This document shows positions 41,017-50,204 of a DNA stretch of 64,000 nucleotides, one piece after another. The stretch covers positions 5,069-69,068 of the forward strand of contig JBHGUR010000035.1 in the NCBI GenBank assembly GCA_048976805.1. The letters run 5' to 3'. The position numbers and the translations under genes were made by a program. Every line of letters begins with the position of its first letter. The first letter of the stretch is position 1. This stretch comes from Ectobacillus sp. (lineage in GTDB: Bacteria > Bacillota > Bacilli > Bacillales > Bacillaceae_G). The notes under the pieces were generated by a model. It did not search any database and was not told the DNA's origin. It saw only the letters and a program-made list of their open reading frames with translations.

Positions 41017-41421
41017 TTACTTTCTCCTAGTATGATATCTATTGCGATATACATACTTCTTTACATCTGCATCGTTAAGGTTTCCATCATATACCCGAAA
41101 CAGAAGGGACTTATATCGCGGATGGTGTTTCGTTACATATAAAGCAAACTCTTTTCTATCCGCCTTCGCTTTTTTTGTAAATTCTTCATCATTTATAATC
41201 TCTTGAAGCTGTTCTTGAACATATTCCTTCGCGTCTTCCCACTTTTGTTTTCTATTAGTTAATATATCTTTTGCATAAGAGGGCATTTTCTCAATCACAA
41301 AATCGATATATCCTTCTGCCCACATGGACATTCTTTCTTTTTCTGTTAATTCAAATACGATATGCATTAATTGTATTTCATCATATTGCGAACTCGCGGC
41401 ATACTGCCCTGCTTTATTCAT
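41017..41421 (-). CDS. hypothetical helical protein
   Basis: ORF with GAGAGGCGG RBS. Confidence 0.7.
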   Translation of the reverse strand: MNKAGQYAASSQYDEIQLMHIVFELTEKERMSMWAEGYIDFVIEKMPSYAKDILTNRKQKWEDAKEYVQEQLQEIINDEEFTKKAKADRKEFALYVTKHHPRYKSLLFRVYDGNLNDADVKKYVYRNRYHTRRK

Positions 41422-41464
41422 AGCATATCCGCCTCTCTCCTCGTTATTACATATAGCAGTTAAA

Positions 41465-42370
41465 TCAACTTGCTAAGCTCTCTATAAACAGCTTAAGAGG
41501 AACCAATCCTCTCTTTGGCATGCAGCTGCTGATAACAGCTGTGAGCTGCATTTCCGGTATTACGATGATATACTGTCCCCCATAACCCATAGCAAAGTAT
41601 ACATGATAAGGGATTTGAAATGTGTTTTTGTCGATTACCCACCAATGATAGCCATATGAGCCGATGTGCCTATAAGTAGTAAACAAAGGAGAAGTCGATT
41701 GTCGAACCCAATGAGGAGATAGCAGCTGGCTTCCTTGCCATATTCCCCCATGCAAATACAATAAACCGATTTTTAATAAATCTGCCGGCTTCATCATCAT
41801 TCCGAAGCCACCGATATAAATGCCTTGCGGATCCTGCTCCCACATATAATCTGCGATGCCGAGCGGTTTGAACAAATATTCCTCGGCAAATTTTGCTGCT
41901 GGCATATTTGCCGCACTTTGCAAAATATAGCTTAAAAGGTGAGAAGAACCTGAATGATAGTTCATAGCTGTTCCGGGCTTGCATACGAGCGGCCGCTTTA
42001 ATATATAATCTACCCAGTTTTTTGATTTCACAAAAAAAGAGGGAAATAACACACCATTTTCGAATTCTTTCCAATCTTCTCCGGTTGTCATTGTCAATAA
42101 ATGATATATCGTTATGTTTTCTTTTTCCTTCGGTATATGGGGAAAAAAGTTCCCAATAGGCAGGTGGATATCAGGAAGATAGCCTTTATCGATAGCTATG
42201 CCAATTAGGGTAGTCATTATACTTTTTGTAATGGAATTAATTTTTGCGAGATTCGTACTATATTCTTCGGGTTGATAATATTCGGCAATCATTTCCCCGT
42301 TTTGATATACCAAAAAAGCGTTCACGTTTTCCTTTTGAAGTTGCTCCTTGAGCATTCCGATATGTAACAT
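41465..42370 (-). CDS. serine hydrolase (beta-lactamase class C/esterase fold)
   Basis: SITK (SxxK), LLTMTTG, MNYHSGSSHLL, AMGYGGQ motifs. Confidence 0.85.
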   Translation of the reverse strand: MLHIGMLKEQLQKENVNAFLVYQNGEMIAEYYQPEEYSTNLAKINSITKSIMTTLIGIAIDKGYLPDIHLPIGNFFPHIPKEKENITIYHLLTMTTGEDWKEFENGVLFPSFFVKSKNWVDYILKRPLVCKPGTAMNYHSGSSHLLSYILQSAANMPAAKFAEEYLFKPLGIADYMWEQDPQGIYIGGFGMMMKPADLLKIGLLYLHGGIWQGSQLLSPHWVRQSTSPLFTTYRHIGSYGYHWWVIDKNTFQIPYHVYFAMGYGGQYIIVIPEMQLTAVISSCMPKRGLVPLKLFIESLAS

Positions 42371-42576
42371 ATATTCCTCCCTAGATGGAATGATGTATGC
42401 TATATGTTTTTCCTTCTATTACGTCGTTCATCCGTGAACGTATTATCACACAGCTTAAGGGAGAAATATAAATAATTGCTTTCTATAATACAGAATCATG
42501 TGAAAAATGCCACTATTAATGGCTAATCATATGGCCAAAAAGGAAGGCGGAAAACATATTGTTTTCCGCCTTCCTT

Positions 42577-42765
42577 TTAAGGATGCTTCTCTAAATAACC
42601 GTTTACCAATTCTTCCAACTTTTCAGGGTCTGGGCTATTTCCCTCAAATGCAAATTCGATTTCTTCCAGAAATTCCCCGTTTTGATATACGTGCAATCCG
42701 CCTTTTTGCAACAGAACGCTATATTCAATTTCAAAGCGGTAGCCGCCCTGCTCAATTGCCCCCAT
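42577..42765 (-). CDS. ybxH: YbxH family protein
   Basis: MGAIE..GYRFEIEYSV..HVY..GEF..EI.F pattern. Confidence 0.7.
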   Translation of the reverse strand: MGAIEQGGYRFEIEYSVLLQKGGLHVYQNGEFLEEIEFAFEGNSPDPEKLEELVNGYLEKHP

Positions 42766-42955
42766 TGATTATTGCCTCCTTGTATTTCCTACACATAGCT
42801 CATTAGCTTATCATTATCGTAGTATAAGCAAGTTCATCGTTTTTAACATATCTGTCATGAAAAATACGAAGAACATTCATAAATTATAAAATGATAGCTG
42901 TTTAGTTGATGATAATATAGAAAAAAGACGTTATTTTTAAAGGGAGAGACCGCGT

Positions 42956-43315
42956 ATGGAAGAATTATTACAACAGTTATTAAATGAAATGAAGGATATA
43001 AAAGAACAAGTCAGCAAAATTGACCATAAATTTGAGGATTTGAGCGCAAAGCTTGAAAATCTAGAAAAAATGGATAGCATTGAACATCGAGTAACGGTTA
43101 ATCAAATTGATTTAGTAGATGTGAAAGAATTAGTGGAGAAAATTGAATCCTTTCAAAGAGAGGAATTGGCCGAACTCGTGACAACTAATTTGCAAGTTGC
43201 AAATGTAAAAGAAGAATTTAAAAATGTCCATCGCCGGCTTGATGCCCATTTGACAAAAATCGCTAAAAATGAAGAAGCGATTCTTATGATTGAAAACAGA
43301 CACTTGCGAAACTAA
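42956..43315 (+). CDS. coiled-coil hypothetical protein
   Basis: Heptad-rich ORF; AAGGGAG RBS. Confidence 0.7.
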   Translation: MEELLQQLLNEMKDIKEQVSKIDHKFEDLSAKLENLEKMDSIEHRVTVNQIDLVDVKELVEKIESFQREELAELVTTNLQVANVKEEFKNVHRRLDAHLTKIAKNEEAILMIENRHLRN

Positions 43316-43321
43316 TGAAAG

Positions 43322-43398
43322 GAAAGGGGGTGTCCGAAAAGTGGAAATCCCCCAAACTGAAATAATCAAGAATGTTGATATATCAAGGTTTTGAAACA
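43322..43398. repeat. dispersed intergenic repeat, copy 2
   Basis: Matches 652-731; followed by a long hairpin at 43401-43450. Confidence 0.75.
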
Positions 43399-43623
43399 TG
43401 AAAAGGGGCATCCAGAAGTCGAAAATACGACTTTCTGGATAGCCCCTTTTCATATATCTCTGCTTCCCTGATTAAATGATTGTTTTATTGCTTTTATTTC
43501 TACTATAATTTTCTATTTATCTACTTTCCCGCTAATGCGCTCCACTTCGGTTTGCATCTCAACAAATTTTGTTTACGAAGATCGCTGCCGTATTGATAGC
43601 GAATATTATACATTTTATCTTTT

Positions 43624-43733
43624 GGCTCTGTTACACTTGATTGTTGCTTTTCCACTGCGGGCGGGGCCGAGCCGCTTTTCCCGCTGGAGTCGCCGCCTTT
43701 CGTTCCCAATCAACATGAGCCTTTAACAGAGCC
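43624..43733 (-). repeat. Bacillaceae-1-like repeat, internally shortened
   Basis: GGCTCTGTTA terminal inverted repeats; core GACTCCAGCGGGAAAAGCGG..CCCGC. Confidence 0.8.
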
Positions 43734-43836
43734 TGCCCTTTAAAGATAATACGTTTTTGGCAGTTGTGTTAATTAGTTCAATTCTTTGTTAAAACACTGC
43801 ATTTCGCGTAAATATAGATTTTAGAAACTAACATGG

Positions 43837-44934
43837 TTACACTCGCGCCTGAGCGGCTCCTGCCAGCTTAGCTTGAAATCCTGTCAGTTCTGTCATAAAT
43901 GCAGTAAATTCTTCAATGTTCATTTGCTGCGCAGAATCGGATAATGCAACAGCCGGGTCAGGGTGCACTTCAGCCATGACCGCATCTGCGCCGATAGCCA
44001 ATGCTGCTTTTGCTGCTGGGATAAGCAAGTCTTTTCGGCCTGTTGAATGCGTTACATCGACGACAACCGGTAAGTGTGTTTCCTTCTTTAAAATCGGTAC
44101 TGCAGAAATATCAAGCGTGTTGCGCGTCGCTTTTTCATATGTGCGGATGCCGCGTTCACAAAGGATAATTTGGTCGTTGCCTTGCGAGATAATATACTCG
44201 GCTGCATTCACGAATTCTTCAATCGTTGCGGCAAGTCCTCGTTTTAACAGTACAGGTTTATTTACCTTTCCTACTGTTTTTAATAAATCAAAGTTTTGCA
44301 TATTGCGCGCCCCGATTTGAATAACATCTACATAATCTAAAGCCGTTTCTACATCATTCGGATTTAAAATTTCACTAATAATCGCTAAATCGAATTCATC
44401 CGCTACTTTTCGTAAAATTTCTAAGCCCTCTACACCTAAACCTTGGAAATCATAAGGAGAAGTCCGCGGTTTAAATGCGCCGCCTCTCATTAGGCGCAGC
44501 CCTTGCTGTTTCATTGCCTGTGCAACGGCCCGTACTTGCTCGTAGCTTTCTACAGCGCATGGCCCCATAATGAATGACTGCGTGCCGTCGCCGATTTTCT
44601 CGCCTTTTACATCAACAATTGTATCTGTTGACTTCTTTTTGCGGGAAACAAGCAATGCCTTTCGATTATCATCTTCTTGCAGCTCTAAGCTTGCTTTAAA
44701 AATCGTTTTAAAAATATGCTGCAAGGTAGATGTTTCAAACGGACCTTCGTTATGCTCAGCAATCATATCCAATGCTTGGCGTTCCCGAACTGGGTCAAAT
44801 CGTTTTACGCCTTGAAGCTTCTTTTGTTCTCCAATTTCTTTTACTACCTTAGCCCGCTCATTTAATAAGCGCAGCAGTTCCAGATTAATCTCATCCACTT
44901 TATTTCTCAATCTTTCCAATTCATGTGTTGTCAT
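43837..44934 (-). CDS. aroA: bifunctional chorismate mutase / DAHP synthase
   Basis: N-terminal CM helix domain; [37 protein letters not shown] motifs. Confidence 0.96.
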   Translation of the reverse strand: MTTHELERLRNKVDEINLELLRLLNERAKVVKEIGEQKKLQGVKRFDPVRERQALDMIAEHNEGPFETSTLQHIFKTIFKASLELQEDDNRKALLVSRKKKSTDTIVDVKGEKIGDGTQSFIMGPCAVESYEQVRAVAQAMKQQGLRLMRGGAFKPRTSPYDFQGLGVEGLEILRKVADEFDLAIISEILNPNDVETALDYVDVIQIGARNMQNFDLLKTVGKVNKPVLLKRGLAATIEEFVNAAEYIISQGNDQIILCERGIRTYEKATRNTLDISAVPILKKETHLPVVVDVTHSTGRKDLLIPAAKAALAIGADAVMAEVHPDPAVALSDSAQQMNIEEFTAFMTELTGFQAKLAGAAQARV

Positions 44935-44968
44935 ATATATATGACCTCCTACTTATATTTTTTGTATA

Positions 44969-45094
44969 GACTCTGTTACACTTGATTGTTGATTTTCCGC
45001 TACAGGCGGACGCTTTCCGCGGGCGGGGCCGAGCCGCTTTTCCCGCTGGAGCCGCAGCCTTTCGTCCCAATCAACATTAGCCTTTAACAGAGCC
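44969..45094 (-). repeat. Bacillaceae-1-like repeat
   Basis: Same TIRs and core as 52923-53067. Confidence 0.85.
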
Positions 45095-45101
45095 TTTGTA
45101 T

Positions 45102-45348
45102 AAAAAATCCCTGCCGTGAAAACGACAGGGACGATTTGCACCGCGGTACCACCCTCATTACAGACGTAGTCTGCCACTTGTTTGATGGTAACGATATCAT
45201 AATCGTCCTTCCCTTCATAAAGACATCGTCTTTACTACGAAAAGGCTGCTCCGGGAGTGTACTTCACGTTTATCTATATACTGATTTGCACCAACCATCA
45301 GCTCTCTGAAATAGGGAGATAAACATTACTCTATTCCCTTCATTGCCT
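45102..45348 (-). promoter_or_regulatory. T-box riboswitch (proximal), Tyr specifier UAC
   Basis: AGAGAGCUGA, GAAG-UAC-ACUC specifier, GGGUGGUACCGCG T-box (45142-45154), U-tract terminator. Confidence 0.9.
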
Positions 45349-45373
45349 GTAACGATATTTATTTGTTATAACC

Positions 45374-45621
45374 AAAAAGTCCCTGCTGGCTTTGCCAACA
45401 GGGACGATCATAGTCGCGGTACCACCCTGGTTGCAGACTCTAGTCTGCCTCCTCTTCTTGATAACGGTCTCATGACCGTCTTTCCCTTCATAAGGACAGT
45501 GTCCTTACTACGAAAAAGATGCTCCGGAAGTGTACTTCACGTTTATCTATATGCTGATTCGCACCGGCCACCAGCTCTCTGAAATAGGGAGATAAACATT
45601 ACTCTATTCCCTTCATTGCTT
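45374..45621 (-). promoter_or_regulatory. T-box riboswitch (distal), Tyr specifier UAC
   Basis: Same elements; T-box core at 45415-45427; stem I nearly identical to the proximal copy. Confidence 0.9.
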
Positions 45622-45661
45622 ATTATTAGAAAATTCAAAACAATTATTGGTTATGATTTGT

Positions 45662-45691
45662 ATTATAGTATTAAGTTCCTGAATGTGTCAA
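45662..45691 (-). promoter_or_regulatory. sigma-A promoter of the T-box/aroA transcript
   Basis: TTGACA-N18-TATAAT. Confidence 0.75.
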
Positions 45692-45817
45692 TACTTTTTA
45701 GAGCTTTTTCTAATAGCTGCCCTAAAAAATTTGCGCTTTATTCCGGCAAAACAAAAAGCTAGCCCGGAAATAATAGGCTAGCTTTTCTTGCATCACTGCA
45801 GCTTTTCGAAATAGAAA

Positions 45818-48109
45818 TTACAAGTATGGATTTTCATGCTTCGCTTTTAATACTTGCCATCTGCGTTCCACTTCTTCTTCAAAGCCATGCAGCAATTCCG
45901 CATTTTCTTCTTTTAACAAATGTTTTGTTTTTCCCATCCATTTTAGCCAATCCGCTAATGGGATACGCTTATTTTTCGCTTCCGGATCATATGTGATGGT
46001 CGTAATGCCTCTTTCAACTTCATAAAGCGGGAAGAAGCATGATTCTACTGCCGCTTTCATAATTGTTTCACCATAACGGTCTTCTGATTTCCAGTTCAAC
46101 GGACATGTAATCAGCAACTTACCGTACACCATGCCCATATTTTGTGCATACCACTGTGCCTTCGCAGCTTTTTTCACAAGATCCTGCGGGAAGGCTTCTG
46201 AAGCGGTAAATACGTACGGAATATTCGTTGCAGCCATAATTTGCGCTGTATCTTTATGATGGAACGCTTTCCCTCTTTGCGCTTTCCCTACAGAAGATGT
46301 GCTTGTCATATGCCCAATCGGTGTAGAATAAGACATTTGTGAACCGGTATTCATATACCCTTCATTATCATACTCAATGATAATCAGCTTATGATTCCGA
46401 AGAGCCGTACCGATTGCTGAGCCCATTCCGATATCCATGCCGCCGTCGCCTGTCACCATCACAAATGTTACATCATCAGAGATTTGGACTTCGCCGCGGC
46501 GCTTCATCTCTAGGAACGCTTCTAACGTACCAGATAATGTGGCCGGTCCATTTTGGAACAGGTTATGAATCATATTTTGTTTATGGGAGCTGTACGGATA
46601 TGCTGTTGTCACCACGTATGCGCAGCCTGTATGGAAGAGGACAACGATATCTCCTTCAATCCCTTTAAAAAACAATTCCAATCCTGAGAAAATGCCGCAT
46701 CCCGGACATGCACCGTGTCCTGGCGCAAGGCGTTTTGGTTTTTCTGTTAAAGCGCGCAATGGAGGAATACGAACCTTCAATTTGTTCGTTTCCGGATCTT
46801 CCGTTACAGCAATTAACCCTGTTTTAAATGTGTCGCCTTGCTGCGGTTCTAAAACAGGAACTTGGCGCAATTCTTCTCTTCCTGGTGTAATGCCGTAATA
46901 GTCAAATGGCTTTTCTGCATATCCTTTGTCCATCGCTTCAATTGCAAGATTGAAGAATGCTTCTGCATCATCTGCATAAAAGTCTTTTCCGCCAAGACCA
47001 AATACTCTGCTTAATACGATAGTTGCATTATATGGATCGTCTTGTAATGTGGATTTCACTTCATGCGTTAAGTTCGGGCCGTGGCCGCCATATGAATCAG
47101 CACGTTCGCCGATCAATAGCGCTTTGACATTTTTCAGCGCTTCACGAATTTGTTTAGCAGGGAACGGGCGAATCATATTCGGGCTGATTACTCCTGCCTT
47201 AATTCCTTGTGCGCGCAAACCGTCCACAACATCTTTTGCTGATTCAGCAGCTGAGTTTAACAGGAACAATGCAACATCCGCATCTTCCATACGATACAAA
47301 TCCAGCATTGGATAGGAACGTCCGGAAATTTCTTCATACTCTTTTGCGACTTGTTCAAATACATCCGCAGCGCGGTACATCGCTTCTGATTGCTGATAAT
47401 GGTTGTTCATTAAATCATCGCCATTCATATGGGCGCCGATTGTGATTGGATTTGCCGGGTCTACTACTGGATATTGTGTCGGGCGTTCTCCTACAAATTC
47501 CTGAACAACGTTGCGGTCTTTGAAGGATTGTACTTTACGCTTTTGGTGCGACGTGAAAAATCCATCATAAGCGACAATAACAGGGAGGCGAACATCGCTA
47601 TGCTCAGAAATTTTTAAAGCCATAATATTCATATCATATACAGCTTGCGGCGTACGGGCCGTTAAAATCACCCATCCTGTATTTAAGGCGAAATATAAGT
47701 CAGAGTGGTCGCCGCGAATATCAAGCGGCCCGCTGACAGCGCGCGTTACAAGGTTCATTACCATCGGAAAGCGCGTACCGGATTGGACCGGAAGCTGCTC
47801 TAGCATATACATAAGACCGTTGGCGCTTGTTGCGTTAAATACGCGCGCGCCTGCTACAGAAGCGCCGTAGCAAATCCCTGCTGAACCATGCTCGCCGTCA
47901 GCTGGAATCAATTTCATATCATGCAATCCGCGCGCTTTCATCATATCTAAGTATTGGGCGATTTCTGTAGAAGGAGTAATCGGGAAATATCCCATAATAT
48001 GATAATTAATTTGTGCCGCTGCTTTTGCAGCCATTTCGTTTCCAGATTCAAAGGAAACGACTTGTTCAGCTATTTTTGCTTGTGAAGTTGCGAACTCAAA
48101 TACTGTCAT
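45818..48109 (-). CDS. 2-oxoacid:ferredoxin oxidoreductase, fused alpha+beta subunits
   Basis: GYFPITPSTE, NATSANG (alpha); ACPGCG, HTGC, TGDGG..DNEGYMNTG TPP motif (beta); ATGA overlap. Confidence 0.9.
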   Translation of the reverse strand: MTVFEFATSQAKIAEQVVSFESGNEMAAKAAAQINYHIMGYFPITPSTEIAQYLDMMKARGLHDMKLIPADGEHGSAGICYGASVAGARVFNATSANGLMYMLEQLPVQSGTRFPMVMNLVTRAVSGPLDIRGDHSDLYFALNTGWVILTARTPQAVYDMNIMALKISEHSDVRLPVIVAYDGFFTSHQKRKVQSFKDRNVVQEFVGERPTQYPVVDPANPITIGAHMNGDDLMNNHYQQSEAMYRAADVFEQVAKEYEEISGRSYPMLDLYRMEDADVALFLLNSAAESAKDVVDGLRAQGIKAGVISPNMIRPFPAKQIREALKNVKALLIGERADSYGGHGPNLTHEVKSTLQDDPYNATIVLSRVFGLGGKDFYADDAEAFFNLAIEAMDKGYAEKPFDYYGITPGREELRQVPVLEPQQGDTFKTGLIAVTEDPETNKLKVRIPPLRALTEKPKRLAPGHGACPGCGIFSGLELFFKGIEGDIVVLFHTGCAYVVTTAYPYSSHKQNMIHNLFQNGPATLSGTLEAFLEMKRRGEVQISDDVTFVMVTGDGGMDIGMGSAIGTALRNHKLIIIEYDNEGYMNTGSQMSYSTPIGHMTSTSSVGKAQRGKAFHHKDTAQIMAATNIPYVFTASEAFPQDLVKKAAKAQWYAQNMGMVYGKLLITCPLNWKSEDRYGETIMKAAVESCFFPLYEVERGITTITYDPEAKNKRIPLADWLKWMGKTKHLLKEENAELLHGFEEEVERRWQVLKAKHENPYL

Positions 48110-49122
48110 GAACGAGCACCTCCTGCTACATATGGGAAATTGTGGGCAACACGATGTTCCGACGCATAGCCTATAGTTTCTGAAATTTCTGTCAATGCTG
48201 ACGTTGGGCAAGCTTCTACGCATTTTAAACAGCCTTTGCAATATTGATAGTCAATTCCTTTTAAAAACATTTGCTTGCGGCCGCGTTTATCCTCTCCCGC
48301 TTCCCATACAAAGCAAAGATCCGGACAAACAGTATCGCACGCTACGCAATTAATGCATTTTTCCTGATCAAAGCTTGGCAAAAAGCCTTGACGTGAACCG
48401 CTCATATCTTTTAATATACTATTTCCGTTAGCAACGATAATCCCGCCTGGCATTTGTGTATTATAGCCTAAAACAGGTTCAGGGCGTTGAAATGCCTTAC
48501 CTTGCGCTTCGGACGGCACTTCATATGTGCGGAAGATAACTTCCTCATAGCCGCGGTTGAAGGTTCGAATATTTGCTTCTACTAAATGCGGATATTTTTT
48601 CTCGAATGTGCGGCGAATGACATTGCGCATTGTATCTGGGTCAAGAAAATCACAAATACGGAATAACGCCCCTAGCATAGCTGTATTAACCTTTGTTTTT
48701 TCTTCTACTGCAATACCGAGGGCGTCTACAGTTGCAATCGTTCCATACTCAAGCTTTAAATCCCTTTTAATCTCATCAAAATCGCGCGTTGTATTTACAA
48801 GCACAATACCATCTGGAGCTAATCCGCTTACAACGTCTACCATTTTATATAAAGCTTCGTGAAATACTCCTATTACATGCGGTTCTTCAATTGGGCTATG
48901 GTCACGAATCTCCACATCCGGAGCGCAAAAACGAATAAAGCTTTTTACAGGCGACCCTTTTTTCTCTGAACCGTAGGAAGAAAAATTAGAACCGTTTAAC
49001 CCTAAACCTAATACTCCCGCTTCAGCCAACATTTTACCTGCTAGATTTGCTCCCAAGCCGCCGATGGATTCCAGGCGAATCTCATAAAAACCTAGTTTGT
49101 TAGTCTTTGGTAGTATAGACAT
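48106..49122 (-). CDS. 2-oxoacid:ferredoxin oxidoreductase, fused gamma+delta (2x[4Fe-4S]) subunits
   Basis: ESIGGLG, YGSEKKGSP, NTAMLGA; CINCVACDTVCP and CKGCLKCVEACP. Confidence 0.9.
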   Translation of the reverse strand: MSILPKTNKLGFYEIRLESIGGLGANLAGKMLAEAGVLGLGLNGSNFSSYGSEKKGSPVKSFIRFCAPDVEIRDHSPIEEPHVIGVFHEALYKMVDVVSGLAPDGIVLVNTTRDFDEIKRDLKLEYGTIATVDALGIAVEEKTKVNTAMLGALFRICDFLDPDTMRNVIRRTFEKKYPHLVEANIRTFNRGYEEVIFRTYEVPSEAQGKAFQRPEPVLGYNTQMPGGIIVANGNSILKDMSGSRQGFLPSFDQEKCINCVACDTVCPDLCFVWEAGEDKRGRKQMFLKGIDYQYCKGCLKCVEACPTSALTEISETIGYASEHRVAHNFPYVAGGARS

Positions 49123-49184
49123 AACCTTCCTCCTTCTATAAAAATGATTACTATCATTGTAGGATATAAAAACAGAAATGATAG

Positions 49185-49281
49185 TGTGAAAAAGTTAACA
49201 TTTTATGACAATCTGTGTATATCATTGTGTTATAATTTATTGTAACAGTTTGATTAGAAGAAAGTTGTGACGGAAATCATA
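49185..49281. promoter_or_regulatory. two Fnr/Crp-like boxes upstream of the oxidoreductase operon
   Basis: TGTGA-N6-TAACA (49185-49200) and TGTGA-N6-TCATA (49266-49281) versus the Bacillus Fnr consensus TGTGA-N6-TCACA. Confidence 0.5.
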
Positions 49282-49551
49282 GTTCGCAAAATTTACCTCT
49301 AGAAGGGAATTTTTCTTATATAGAGAAATAAAATTTATTTTAAAAGTTAGGGAACAGCTTTTTCCAATGAATTATTACAGTTTATCAACAGGCTCTGTTA
49401 AAGGGGTTGATCGAAAAGTGGTATTTCGGCCCGAAAACTAGAAAAAACAAAACCCAAGAATGCCGTTAAATCAACATTCTTGGGTTTTTAATTTCGGTAC
49501 ATTTTACTCTAAAATGGGCTTTTTAGACATCCTCCTTTGGGCAAACGAGAA

Positions 49552-50028
49552 TTAGACGATATAAAACCTGCCATCCTCATGGATTTCTAAGGAAGTATAG
49601 CTGCTTGCAAGGTCGCAAATTATCTCTTCATCTATTTCAGAAAAGATTTCCCCTCTATGCATCCGTTCTATCATGCTTTCATACTTCTCGTATTTATCTG
49701 CATCATTGACAAAATGATAAATATATACTTCGTCTCCGTCCTCATTGATTACGTTTACATAGTGAACAGGCCCGAATTGCTGGAACCATTCTACTGCTTC
49801 TTGCCGGTTTCGAAAGGAAGGAGCTATGCGTTCAACTACATGCCGATCTGTTTCTAAATGGCCAATTTCAAATTGATTGAGACAAGATTGGCAAATTCCC
49901 TTCTCTTGAATAAGAGATATCGCCACTGGGGCAACTTCTTTATCTTCACAATAAAAGCAGCTGGCATTTTTAGCCGTTGCCCACTCAAATACATCTTCAT
50001 ATTCTTTCTTTTTGTATGCGAATGCCAT
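49552..50028 (-). CDS. hypothetical protein with CxxC..CxxC motif
   Basis: CFYC and CQSC; AGGAGAAGG RBS before the ATG at 50028. Confidence 0.7.
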   Translation of the reverse strand: MAFAYKKKEYEDVFEWATAKNASCFYCEDKEVAPVAISLIQEKGICQSCLNQFEIGHLETDRHVVERIAPSFRNRQEAVEWFQQFGPVHYVNVINEDGDEVYIYHFVNDADKYEKYESMIERMHRGEIFSEIDEEIICDLASSYTSLEIHEDGRFYIV

Positions 50029-50204
50029 AGTCCTTCTCCTCCTATACATCCGTATTTGTACAAAATACGCTTCTGTACAAATACATTGTATCATGAAAGA
50101 TTGACGCGATCTGGAAAGGATTCGCACAAAATAGCGACATATAACAAAAACGGAAGCGAATTTTGGCTTCCGTTTTTGTTATATGTTAAAAAAATTGAAA
50201 ATTT

